Positions 25,221 to 37,618 of a DNA stretch of 64,000 nt are shown here, piece by piece. Both the position numbers and the translations under genes were made by a program. The notes beneath the pieces were generated by a model. The model did no database searches. It saw only the letters and a program-made list of their open reading frames with translations, and was not told where the DNA came from. Position 1 is the first letter of the stretch. Each line of letters starts with the position of its first letter. This DNA is from Chiloscyllium plagiosum (Eukaryota). Location: the NCBI RefSeq assembly GCF_004010195.1, contig NC_057728.1:49654561-49718560 (forward strand), written 5' to 3'.

Positions 25221-26393
25221 CTTTTTTCTTAAATGTCACTCACTCTCTCCTCTTGCCTTCTCCCCCTCTCTGTCTCTTCCTCATTGTAATTACTCAATGG
25301 TTTTGTCAGACAGCTTTGTGTATTATGTTCTTTCTCCTCTCCTGCTCAGAGTAAACAATACTGCTTCCTGTTAAGGTAATAACATTCACGTAGGGAGGAA
25401 ATCCATGGGCAGAGCTCTGAGCCGATGTTGGGTCTAGGCTGTGCAGCTGCTTTCAGGTTGTCAGTGCTGTTTGATCACTCAGTGGTAACAGTTCACCTGC
25501 TCGTGAAACTAGGTACGCAATTCCAATTAATGCGGAAATTGAAATGGATTAGGTTTGATGTTGTTATGTTGAGTAATAAAGAATGAACAGATTAAAGAAT
25601 CACCATTCATACTGCAAAGGAGAAAACAACTGTGGATGTTAGACATCTGAAGCAAAAGCAGAATTAGCTGGAGATGCTCAACAGGTCTGACAGTATCTGT
25701 TCTGGACTCAAATGTAGACTGCTTTCCCTCACAGATGCTTCCTAACCACTCATTTTCCCGCTTGGTAAATTAGTTATTTCTGGATGAGGTATACAAAAGT
25801 CTGAAGCTGAAACCCCGATATTATTGAGATTAGACAATTGCCAGTTACCCTTTGCAGTGGAGTCCCCAGGCATTTGTTGTCCACAGTGTCCCAGGAGTGG
25901 CTCAGGGGCTGTGATGTTGCAGTCTGTGCTCTCGATCTGATGTGGGAGTGCGATTGGCGTGTGTCAGGCCTCCAGCTCCATTTTGTTCAGGACCCGGCTT
26001 GCTAAACGGGAAGGGAAACAACTTCACTTTGGTGTTGATAATGAAACCACAGAAATGTTTTGGCGCAGAAGGAGACCCACTTGGCTCATCTTGTCTGCAC
26101 CATCTCTTCAAAACTGGCATCATTAGCTCATGCCAATCTCCTGCTTTTTTTCCATAACCTTGCGCATTGATTCTATCCGAAACACCATCCACTCTCTCCT
26201 TTTCCTCACAAGTACAGTCAGTTCTCCTATGACGCGACGGTTGCATTCCTGTGCTTTAGAAACAGTGCTTAAAGTGTTGGCATTGTAATCACATTACAGC
26301 CAACACACGTTTTGAAAGTTCACACTTTAGAAACAGCGTCCCTAATTCATCAATTGTGTTACATTGAATTTATGTTGACAAAATTTGGGTTAT

Positions 26394-26648
26394 AGCTGAA
26401 AATGTGTTGCTGGAAAAGCGCAGCAGGTCAGGCAGCATCCAGGGAACAGGAGAATCGACGTTTCGGGCATAAGCCCTTCTTCAGGAATGAGGAAAGTTTG
26501 TCTGTCTGGGTTTCCTCATTCTTGAAGAAGGGCTTATGCCCGAAACGTGGATTCTCCTGTTCCCTGGATGCTGCCTGACCTGCTGCGCTTTTCCAGCAAC
26601 ACATTTTCAGCTCTGATCTCCAGCATCTGCAGACCTCACTTTCTCCTC
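26394..26648. mobile_element. Fold-back hammerhead element, family A, best-preserved copy
   Basis: 102-bp inverted arms 26394-26495 and 26511-26612 with 2 mismatches and a 15-nt loop; TSD aaat(t/g)tgggttatagc at 26381-26396 and 26649-26664. Confidence 0.92.
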
Positions 26649-27366
26649 AAATGTGGGTTATAGCAGAACGACCTGTAGTTGCAAGTCAGGATACTGTGTG
26701 GCTTGGAGGTAGGCATACAGGTGGCATTCCCATGCATCTGCTGCCTGTGTCTTCTGAGAGAAAAAATTTCCTATCTTCTGTCTCCTAAAAGGATGATCCT
26801 TAAGAGTCTGTTTAATTCTGCACTTATCCACAAGAAGAAACATCCATTTCAATTTACCTTGTCAATGCCATTCAGGATTGTATAAACTTCAGTCAAATTA
26901 TCTCTTGCTCTTCTAAACTCCAGAGAAAACAAACCCTGCCAGTCCAGTCTTTCCTCATAAGGCAACCTGCTTATTCCAGGTATCAATCTAATAATCCTCT
27001 GAACTGTCTTTGGCATGTGCATTGTAGATGGTGGACAGGCTGAGGGAGTCAGGAAATGAGTTACTTGCTCCAGGATTCTTAGCCTCTGGCCTCCTCTTGT
27101 AGCCTCTGTATTTATATAACTGGTCCCAATGGACTCAATATCTCAAGTTCCAAGATGAAAGACAGCTTAACATAGATTTGCCATACTTATTCATTAATGA
27201 TGTTTGAAAGGTGTTTAGAGAGTTATTCCTGCAGTTTTTAGTACTTTGTGGCATTTATAATCTTGTTTTGCTGAATCTTGTTTTTAGTGAGTGCGCTATT
27301 TAGATGTCAGATCCAGGCTTTGGGATCTTCAGCCTGCTTATCCACAGAATTAGACCCAGGAGTAAT

Positions 27367-27685
27367 TAGATTAGATTAGATTAGGTTCCCTATAATGTGG
27401 AAACAGGCCCTTCGGCCCAACTAGTCCACACCGACCCTCTGAAGAGTAACCCAGCCACGCCCATTTCCCTCTGACTAATGCACATAACACTACAGGCAAT
27501 TTAGCATGGCCAGTTCACCTGACCTGCACATCCTTGGCCTGTGGGAGGAAACTGGAGCACCCGGAGGAAACCCAGACAGACACTGGGAGAATGTGCAAAC
27601 TCCACACAAGACAGTCACCCAAGGCTGGAATCGAACCCAGGACCCTGGTGCTGTGAGGCAGCAGTGCTAACCACTGAGCTGCCCC
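27367..27685 (-). mobile_element. HE1-type SINE
   Basis: Reverse complement of HE1 with (TAGAT)n tail. Confidence 0.9.
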
Positions 27686-28054
27686 AAAGGGGGGGAAGCA
27701 CTTTCTCACTTAACGGGTAGTGGAAACTTGAGGGATCCCTCACCACCTCAAAAAAAAACTGTTGAGGTTGGAGATAAAAATGGGCAATTTTAAGCCTAAA
27801 ATTTATACTTATTTGTTGAATGAGAGTATTGGGGTTAGGGAATAGAGAATGATCAAAGACGCAGACTGGTTATGATATAAAATTAAATGGCCAAATTACC
27901 TTAAAAGGCCGAATTGTCTTTTCCTCTTCCACAGCATTTCAGATTATGCTGAATCTCATTTTGCACTGAGAATTTGCCTGATTATATGTAAAATTACTAA
28001 CTCTGTTGTACTTTATTTTATTTGTTTATTGCCTTTTCTTTATTTTAAACAAAG

Positions 28055-28108
28055 ACCTTGGCTGATCTGGACAGCAGACTGGTGTACATTACAGAAATTG
28101 TCACTAAG
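28055..28108 (+). CDS. UTP20: UTP20 exon 12 of window
   Basis: acaaag|..AAG|gtaaga; TLADLDSRLVYITEIVTK. Confidence 0.92.
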
Positions 28109-28209
28109 GTAAGATGAAGTTTACCCCAAACTTTCTTCACTAGTTAGCAGAAAGCTTATGTTTCTTTATGCACACTTCCTAGTTCCAACCTAATCACTTT
28201 TTGTTTCAG

Positions 28210-28362
28210 TTAAATGCCTTTGATCGACAACATCTTGATGACATTGATTTTGATGAGCGCCTGTCTGCATTCCAACTTACCACTAAATGTATCCGAGAGA
28301 TGGGAACATTGGATATGGAGTATCTGATTGCAGTCATGCACAACTGCTTCCATTCCATTCGG
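28210..28362 (+). CDS. UTP20: UTP20 exon 13 of window
   Basis: tttcag|..CGG|gttagt; LNAFDRQHLDDIDFDERLSAFQ...MHNCFHSIR. Confidence 0.95.
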
Positions 28363-28591
28363 GTTAGTATAGACCCTCCCAACACACATTCACTTAGACA
28401 CATTCTTCATTACACAAAGCCAGAAGCTTGAAGTTCATAAATCCGTTGAGTAAATTTATGCAATAAATTTTTCTATAACATGGAAAATGCAAAAATAACT
28501 CAGTGATGTTTAAGTTCTCATTTTCCAAGGTGTTGCCTTCCTCTGTCTTTGTAATCTCCTCCACCTCTATTACCCTCTGAGATATCTCCGT

Positions 28592-28910
28592 GGGCGGCAC
28601 GGTGGCACAGTGGTTAGCACTGCTGCCTCATAGCGCCAGAGATCCGGGTTCAATTCCCGCCTCCGGCGACTGACTGTGTGGAGTTTGCACGTTCTCCCCG
28701 TGTCTGCGTGTGTTTCCTCCGGGTGCTCCGGTTTCCTCCCACAGTCCAAAGATGTGCAGGTCAGGTGAATTGGCCATGCTAAATTGCCTGTAGTGTTAGG
28801 TAAGGGGTAAATGTAGGGGTATGGGTGGGATGCGCTTCGGCGGGTCGGTGTGGACTTGTTGGACCGAAGGGCCTGTTTCCACACTGTAAGTAATCTAATC
28901 TAATCTAATC
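28592..28910 (+). mobile_element. HE1-type SINE, full length, inside an old L2-like 3' relic
   Basis: A/B boxes tggcacagtgg / ggttcaattcc, CpGs retained, (TAATC)n tail. Confidence 0.93.
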
Positions 28911-29530
28911 TGTACTCCTCCAACTCTAATCTCTTTAACCTCTGATTTATCACGGTCCATGCCTTCAGTTGCCTGAACCCCCAAACTGTGGAAATTTCCT
29001 CCTTGCACCTTGCTTTTCCCCTTAGATGATCTTTAATGCCTCCCTTTTTAACCAAGCCTTTGGTCATTTGTCTAATAACTCCTAATGTAACTCAGTGTTG
29101 AATTATGTTTGATTATGTTCCAGGGAAGTACATGGTCATGAACTGTACATGTTACAGTGCTTTGAGCAATTAAGTCACTAAACTCCATCCAATGTTCACA
29201 AAACCACCACATACTTGAGAGTTTGAGCATTAGAAATGATGTTTTTCCTCGTTTTAGCTAGCTCGTGAAGAGCAGGGAAATCTGATTGACCTGATCAGCA
29301 GTTTGAGCTGGGATTTAACGGTCAGCTGTGCTTGTCAAAAACTTTGAGCTGTTTTCTTTGCAGCCAAACTCTCCTCCATTCAAATCATCGAACATTCTCC
29401 AGACACAAAAGCCAGGAACATCAGCAACACCCTCAACTCCAATGTGCCCTATTTGTACATAAGTAAGACAGTACTAACTGGTTCTACAACAATGTGGATG
29501 ACAACTATTTGCCTCTAATTTTTCTTCTAG

Positions 29531-29686
29531 TTGGGGGAGATGACTCTTAGTGACAGCGCGACACTTTGCTTGACTGAGATTATCCGAAGAGTGGCTTCTG
29601 TTGACTGCTCAGAGGACGAATACAAGGAAGTAATCAACCGCACTTTACTGGAGACCTTACGGAATTGTCTCAAATCAAAGATTGAG
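29531..29686 (+). CDS. UTP20: UTP20 exon 14 of window
   Basis: ttctag|..GAG|gtaaaa; LGEMTLSDSATLCLTEIIRR...CLKSKIE. Confidence 0.95.
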
Positions 29687-29934
29687 GTAAAAGATTATAA
29701 AGAGAGTAACCTAACATGAGCTTTATGGCCACAGCGTCGGATGTGTCCCATTATTCACATGAGTGATTCCTGGCCCTTGTTCCAGCATGACAGAGGAAAC
29801 AGCTGCTGAATAGATTAAAATTAAATCTGAAGATACTGGAAATACCCAGTCCTGGCAGCATCTATAAATAGTGAATCTGAATTAGTGGTTCAGATTGATG
29901 GCCTTTTGTTAGATCTTGCGCCCTCATGGAAATT

Positions 29935-30310
29935 CACAGACCTGAGAGGTGACCTGATAGAAGTTTATAAAATAATGACAGGTTTAGATAGAATTGAAGG
30001 CAGTTGTCTTTTCCCTAGGATGAGGGATTTCAATACTAGGGGGTACATTTTTAAGAAGAGAGATTTAAAAAAGACAGAATAGGCAAATTTTTTTACACAA
30101 AGTAGTTCACATATAGGATGAACTTCCTGATGAAATAGTAGATGTTTAATTACAATGTTTAAAAGACATTTGGATGTTTACATGAACAGGAAAGGTTTGG
30201 AGGGACAGGAGCCAGGAGCAGGCTGGTGGGATTAGTTTATTTTAGGATTACATGTGGCGCAAATTGGTTGGACCGAAGGGTCTGTTTCTGGCTGTATAAC
30301 TCTGAGTCTA
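29935..30310 (+). mobile_element. CR1 3' fragment
   Basis: LRGDLIEVYKIMTGLDRIEG..LFPR. Confidence 0.8.
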
Positions 30311-30590
30311 AATGAATATTTTAAAGAAGAACTGTATCTTTATCAACTTTATTGATCCACGATTTATCGAAAGGGACATTAAGATTCTGGAGCCAAGATG
30401 AATAGACTCTGATGCATACAGCTCAGTTATTACCTAATTGAAAGGTCAGAACAAGGTCAGAAAGGGGCTGAATGACCTCCTGTACCTACATGTGTGTATT
30501 TTGACAGAATTACACCACCGTTGTGCTGAATTCACTTTGCTCCATTTTAAGCCTGCTTCCCTTGCTCCATTTCTGTTTGGTTTATTGCAG

Positions 30591-30728
30591 AGTGTTCAAC
30601 AGGAATACACAACGCTACTTTGCTGCTTGATCCGGACATTCCCCCAAAGACCAGAATTCCAGGACCTGGTGCAGCTAACAGACCACGATCCGGATATGGA
30701 CTTCTTCGAGAATATGAAGCATATACAG
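30591..30728 (+). CDS. UTP20: UTP20 exon 15 of window
   Basis: ttgcag|..CAG|gtgggt; SVQQEYTTLLCCLIRTFP...FFENMKHIQ. Confidence 0.96.
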
Positions 30729-32579
30729 GTGGGTAATACAGACCATTTATTTTTATACATTCAGAAATTGGCAGTAAAATCCACCCAAGAATGGGGTCTT
30801 TATTGTGGTTGAGAATTAAATTAAATAACTGAAAATTAGCTGTGTTTTTAAATTACCTGGGCATTGAGGTTAAATAGTTGGAATGATAATGGCAATTAAA
30901 ATAAATTGAGAGGTGTGCCTGGGCAGCAGGTATTTCGTTAAACTTGCCTTTCATCAATTGACCTTTATGTTAGTATGAATATTGCAGTTCCTAAGAACTC
31001 TAGCATTTGACTCTGTGACTTTACATAGTCAATGCTTAATGTATCTGTAAAAATCTCACCTCTTGCAGTATTGAAATGGGTAAAAATTGAATGTGAAATG
31101 GTGAATGTTCTAAATAGAAGTAAGCTTAACAATTTCCAGACTTAAATTACAAGAATCCTGTTTGAAGTTGCACATTTCTCTCGAGAGGTTTGTTACGCTG
31201 CACAGCAACAAGCAGAAAGTGAAATAGTGACAATAAGTGAAATATTTAACTCTGATATTAACTAACTGTGGACTTCTTCACTTCAAGTTAATGTTGCAGT
31301 TGTTAAGTGATGACTTGACCATTTCCTAAGAGATACATTCACCAAATCCCATACATTTGTATGTACCCCTGTATATGTGCGTATGTGTGATATATATAAT
31401 ATATATGTAAAAAATGTAGAGATAGAGAGGGAGGACTGATGGCCCAAAGATGGATACTATTATTTTGCCCTCTAATGTCTGCTACTAACAACCGAGGGAC
31501 AGCTGTTTAGTGTTCTAGTAGTGCTCCAGCAACTTAAGCAATTTACTGTTCAAATCCCATAAAGGGAAAGTTAAGTGGAAACACAAGGAAGCTATAGTAG
31601 GGAAGAAGGCCATTCACCCCAGCCACGCAATGATGTCATTTACCCCAAACAAAACCTTCTGCTCCCACCTTTCTTTCTCTTTGCACAAGCTTTCAATCCC
31701 CTTTTCTCATCATTTACCTATCCAATCTAATCTGAATGGTTGACAGTGTCTCTGTCTCAATCATTGGGCCGGATTACAGCACGTGTGTGTGTGTGTGTGT
31801 GTGTACACACATACTAAAGCTGTCTTATTGCTACCTGATAAAATGATCATGGAGCTTCTGGATTTTCATAAAATAGCATCGGCAATTGGTCCTGTTATTC
31901 TTATATATGCTGGATTTATTTCTATTGGACACAGTTCAGAGAAGGTTCACTTTCCTGATTGCTTGGGTGATTGAGGAAAAGTTACGCCCACTGAGCCTAT
32001 ATTCATTGGAGTTCAGAAGGAGGTGGGTGCTGAGTGAATCATGGAGTAATCCAGAACTAGGAGGCCCAATGTAAAAGTTCATGATGGAAATGAGCAATGT
32101 CTTCCCTCAGAGGGTCCTGAATCTGCAGAATTCCCTCCCCCATAGTGCAGCGAGGGATGATCATTGATTATACTCAAAACTGAATTTGTCAGAGTTGCAA
32201 TCTGAAAGGGAATTGAGGATTATTGAGGATGTGGTTGGAACTGGAGGATAGATATATGGCTATGATCAGATCAGCTATATGAGAGACTTAACAACTTATT
32301 TTTGTTCCAGTTTCTTGTGTTCTTATATTATATTCTAAGATCCAACTGCATCACTAATATCCTTCAGGAAAGGGGAACTTGTTGCCTGGGTGTCATCTCA
32401 GTTATGTGCCAATACGACTGGTTTTTAATGTTCAGAGGACAACGATCATGATGTTACCAAGATCACATCAAACAGCAAAACAAGGTTCTAGGTGCCATCT
32501 TATCAGCTAATACCATTTGAGTTTACAATGAGCAGGATTTGGCAAAGTATAGGCTCACCTGGTGATATTTCTTTCCTTC

Positions 32580-32980
32580 TGTCAGTTATGTTTCAGTGGG
32601 TCATATTCTCACCTCAGATTCAGGGTTCTTAGTTTGAGTCCCAATCCAGATTTTGAGCACCCAAAGCAAAACTGATTCTGCAGTGTAAAAGGGAGTACTG
32701 TAGTGTTAGAGGTGATGCTCTATCTTGGTGTGGAAAATCCCGTGGCATTGTTTCTAAGCAGGTGAGAGGGTTATCCCTGAAGTCCTGGCTAATCAACTTC
32801 ACAGAAATAGATTATCTCTTCATGATCAGATTACCATTTGTGGGAGCTTCCTTTGAGAAAATTGACTGTCACATTATCCACACAATGCATAATGACCATG
32901 CTTCACAAATATTTAATCGGCTGTAAGCGTGTGGGATGTCTATTGATCATGAAAGGATCTATATAAATGCAAGTCTTTTT
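32580..32980 (+). mobile_element. DeuSINE-like SINE ending at the exon 16 acceptor
   Basis: gggagtactgtagtgttagagg..aatcccgtggcatt..gtcctggctaat..gaaaggatctatataaatgcaagtcttt tail. Confidence 0.7.
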
Positions 32981-32995
32981 CTGTTTGGTATTCAG

Positions 32996-33133
32996 ATCCA
33001 CAGGAGAGCTCGTGCTCTGAAAAAACTAGCAAAGCATCTTGATGAGAAAAAGATTACGTTATCCTCAAAATCTTTGGTGAATTACATCCTGCCATTTGCT
33101 ACTTCAACACTGTTCAATGAGAACATGCTGAAG
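32996..33133 (+). CDS. UTP20: UTP20 exon 16 of window
   Basis: attcag|..AAG|gtaaga; IHRRARALKKLAKHLDEKK...FNENMLK. Confidence 0.96.
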
Positions 33134-33639
33134 GTAAGAACTACGTTTATAAAACATTGGGACTTGAAGAAGCTGATTGGAACCTGGTCAGTCATGCTGC
33201 CGAGACCAAGGCGTAGTAATGTCACTAGTAATTCAGAGGACCAGGTTAATGTTTTGAGGACACTGGTTTGACGAACAGCTGGTAAGTGGGAACACCATCA
33301 TCTGCAAGTTCCCCTCCAAGCCACTCACCATCCTGACTTGGAAATATCTCGCCATTCTTCAGTGTCACTGAGTCAAAAACCTGGAATTCCCTCCTTAACG
33401 GCATTGTATGTGTGTGTCAACACCAAATTGTCTGCAGTGTTTGACGAAGGCAATTCCTCATCACCTTCCTGAGAATGGTTAGGTATGGACAATAAATGCT
33501 TGCCCAGCCCAGCAATGCCACGTCATATGAATGAATTTATTATTTTTAAACATCTCTGTCTGATCCTTTTGGGAGGAACTAAGTCAATTCAAACTCCCTT
33601 CATTTAACCTTTTCAGCCCCATTGTTCTTATGATCATCT

Positions 33640-35520
33640 GGATCTAAATAAAGGGACCTGTGAGAGTATGAAGCGTGAATTGGTAAAGATAGATTGGGGC
33701 ACCTAACTAAACAGATGGCTGGTGGGTAGGCACTGGTTCATATTTAAAGAATGTGTGTATGAACAATTGTTCATTCCTAACAAAATCAGAAGTTGCTGGA
33801 GAATTAATGTTTCTGGCTCAGTGACCCTTCTTCTGACCTGATGGTAGCTAGGAAAAAGTTGATATGTATGCCTAAATGATAGGTCCCAGAGAGAGAGAGA
33901 AAAACAGTCGGGCAGACAAAGAAATGGGTAATGGTCAGCCTGAGAGAATGACTAGCTGCTAATGAGGACCATTAGTCGCTGGCAGTAGGTTGTTTGTGTT
34001 AGCAGCCCATGTGATGACAAGGCCTGGTGTGTGGAAGTTGGGTTAAGGAAATGGGAGAAAGTGCTCAGGCCCTAAAATTATTATAGAGGAAAGTTGGGGC
34101 AACCATGAGTTACAAAAGGAATTGGGAATAATATTAGATTCAGAGAGGAGACATATAAAACACCCAGATAAAGCTCCAGACCTGAGGATGGAGAGCATTT
34201 AGAATTGAGGAAAAGAGAGTGAAACGTTTGATCAAAAAGGGGAAAATAGGCTTGAGGAGAATTTCAAGGAACATAGGAACTGACTATAAAAGCTGATATA
34301 AAAATGTGAAGAGAAAACATTAGTAAAGACAAGTGTAGGTCTCTTACAGTCACCCCTTATTGGAGAAATTATAAAGGTGAGCAAGGAAATGGTAGATAAA
34401 TTGAGCACATACTTTGGTTCTGTCTTCACAAAAGAGTGCAGAAAAAACCTCCCAGAAATGTTTGGGCAGAGTTTAGTGAGAGGCATGTATTGAAGGAAAT
34501 CAAGATTAATAAGGAAATGGTTCTGGGGAAATTAATGGGGTTGAAGGCTGACAAATTACCAGGGCCTGATAATCTACAGACTAGCGGGTCGGAAATGTAA
34601 CCCCACTCTTTAAAAAGGGAGGAAGAGAGAAAACAGAATTGCGTTTCAGTTAGCCTAACATCGATAGTGGGGAAAGTGTTAGGTTCCTTTGTAAAAGACA
34701 TGATAGCAGAACATTTGGAAAGCTTGAACTGGATTAGACAAAGCCAATATGAGTTTATGAAAGGCAAGTCATGCTCAACTAATCTACTGGAGGTTTTTTG
34801 AGGGTGTAACTCTGAATTGATCAGGGAAGCCCAGTGGTTGTGGTGTATTTGGATTTTCAGAAGGCTTTTGATAAAGTCCTTCATAAGTACTTAGAGAACA
34901 TAGTTGAAACTCATAGGTTAGGGGATGATATATATTGACATAGATTGATAATTAGTTAACAGACAGAAACAGTGAGTGGGAATAAAGGGTCTTTTTCTGA
35001 GTGATAGGCATTCAGTGACTAATGGAGTACCACAAGAGTACTTGAGCCGCAGTTGTGCACATTATATGTCAATGACTTGGATAATGGAAACAATGCAACA
35101 TTCCCAATGATGATGGCACAAAACTTGGTGAGATTGTGAGCTGTGAAGAGGATGGAAGGAGGCTTCAGTGCGTTTCAGACAAGTTGAGTTTGCAGGTGAA
35201 CATGGGGCTGGACAGTCTAAATGTAGGGAAGATGTTTTCCCTGGCTGCGGAGTTTCGAACTGGGGACACAGTCTCAGGATAAAGGGTGTGCCATTTCAGA
35301 CTGAGATGAGGAAAACTTTCCTGTGGAATTCTCTACCACTGAAGTTTGGAGGCCAGGTCACTGAATGAACATATTCAAGAAAGAGATCCATTTTTAGATT
35401 TTAAAGACATCACAGGGAATGGGAAGAAAATGGGAGCAGCATGCTGAATTGGATGATCAGCCATGATCATATAGAAAGGTGAAGCAAGCTCAAATGATCT
35501 TGCTTTAGTTTCTGTGTTCC
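33640..35520 (+). mobile_element. Old degenerate CR1 ORF2 fragments (with a nested insertion about 33780-34080)
   Basis: Recognisable remnants: tactttggttctgtcttcac, tttatgaaaggcaagtcatgctcaactaatcta, gattttcagaaggcttttgataaagt; many indels. Confidence 0.7.
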
Positions 35521-35524
35521 TACA

Positions 35525-36105
35525 TAAAATAAACAGGAGCAGGATTAGGTCATGTAGTTCATCAAGCTTGCTCCAGTGTTCAGAATGATCACGGCTGATC
35601 TGGTTATGGTCTCAACTTCACTTTCCTATTGTATCCTTTGTTGATTAAAAAACTATCCAACTCAGTCTTGAATGTATTCAGTGACTCATTCTTCACTAGC
35701 CTCCATGGAAGTGTATTCCACACAAACCCCTCTCAGAGAAACAGAGAGAAAACAAATCCCTTATTTTTAAACTGTGACCCTACTTCTAGACTTGGAAAAA
35801 TCATTCTCAGTTTTCACTTTCTCAAGGCCCCTCAGAATGTTATATATTGCGATAAGATTATCTCTCATTCTTCTGAACTCCAAGGAGTATAGGCCAAATC
35901 TGCTTAATTGTTCTTCATAAGACAAGCCTTTTCATCCCAGGAATCAGCCTTCTCTGTGCTGCTTCCATTGGAGGTATGTCCCTCCTTAAGTATGGAGATC
36001 AAGAGTGTATACAGTATTCTATGTGTGGTCTCACCGATATCCTGTACAGTTGTAACAAGACTTCTTTGCTTTTGTACTCCACCCCTGGTGTTAAATTCCA
36101 GCAAA
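35525..36105 (-). mobile_element. Old CR1 3' fragment
   Basis: GVEYKSKEVLLQLYRISVRPHIEYCIH on the minus strand. Confidence 0.7.
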
Positions 36106-36464
36106 ACTGCACTGCACACCTTTCAAGGCAGTGCCTCCTTCTCGAGCTCAGGTGCCCAGAATGGAATGCAGGCACTCCTGAGGTACAGGCAGAATGTGGT
36201 GCAAACACAGCAGCCATTGGCAAAGAGAGAAAAATACTGTTAACATTTCGGTTGAGTGAGCATTAATCAGAATGGGAAAGAAATTGGAGATGAGCATCAA
36301 CAATCACAGAGCCAGAGGAAAGTGGGCTGGTTCCACTGGATGTGATTTGACTAGGGCTACATATAACTTCAGTGTAACTTTCAACTAAACGTGAATTGGC
36401 TTAAATGGGTTTGTTTCAATTTTGTTTTACTCTGCTCTGCTTATCTTTCCATGACATTCTCTAG

Positions 36465-36604
36465 TACGAGAACATGACCACGGCATCTGTGGAACTTGTT
36501 GGAGCTGCCTGCAAGCATCTCTCATGGTCACCATATATTTATTACCTTAAACGATATATTCACATTCTGCAGACTGGACAGATCAACCAGAAACTTGCAG
36601 TCAG
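36465..36604 (+). CDS. UTP20: UTP20 exon 17 of window
   Basis: ctctag|..AG|gtgtgt; YENMTTASVELVGAACKHLSWSPYIYYLKR...QKLAV(S). Confidence 0.95.
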
Positions 36605-37529
36605 GTGTGTATATGGAATAGTGTGCAGTGATGGTTGTGCCAGCAAGCTAATGAATGATCGATTCTTCAATTAGAGTCATAGAGATATACAGCACGGAAA
36701 CAGACCTTTTGGTCCAACTCGTCCATGCCGACCAGATATCCCAACCTAATCTGGTCCTGCCTGCCAGCACCCGGCCCATATCCCTCCAAACCCTTCCTAT
36801 TCATATACCCAAACAGATGTCTTTTAAATGTTGCAATAAATACTTTTTTTTTCACAACACACCAGCTCTCACTCAATCTGAGGCTCATTCTTTTTAAAAT
36901 AGTAATCAAGATCCCAAATCCTATCCAGAACAAAGCAGCCTATTGATAGTCCACCATGCTGTCTGTTTGCATCCTCCACAGTGGCAGCAGTGTGTATTGT
37001 CTACATGATATATTGTCGAAGCAGCTTTCTAGACAGCACCTTCCAAACCTGCACCCTCCACCATCTAGAAATGATGAGAATACCACTGTCTGCACATTCC
37101 CCTCCAAGCTATTCACTTGGAAATGTAACTCTTTTCCTTTGATGTCACTGGTTCAAAATTCTGGAACTTCCTTCCAACAGCACTGAGAGTGTCCTTACAC
37201 CCCAAGGCCTGCAGTGGTTTAAGAAGACAGCTCACCACCACCTTATAATCCCTGCAGTGCAGAAAGAGGCCATTCAGCCCATCGAGTCTGCACCCTTTGC
37301 ACCCTTTGAAGAGCATCCCACTCAGAGACAACTGTTTGGAGGCCACTCCAGTCCTAAATGTTAGTCCATTCCAATGTTTTGCCAAAGACGTGTGACACTC
37401 TGAATTGAAATTCCATCAGTGCTCTACACTGCCCATAACTAAGGATGTTAAATCTTGATCATTTTCAGTTTAGCTTTTGAATCTTTAAAATATTGCTGTT
37501 CTTAGTCTTGTTTATTTGCTCTCCTACAG

Positions 37530-37618
37530 TTTGCTACTCTCAGTGTTGCAAGCCTTTCACTTTGACCCAGAGAGTCTACGGAAGGAGTTTGAAGCTGTTC
37601 AGGCAATTGAAAATGCAA
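37530..37618 (+). CDS. UTP20: UTP20 exon 18 of window
   Basis: ctacag|..A|gtacgt; LLLSVLQAFHFDPESLRKEFEAVQAIENA. Confidence 0.9.

Noticed and set aside
28592..28665. tRNA genes
   Set aside because: The A/B-box heads continue into SINE bodies and tails; they are SINE 5' regions.
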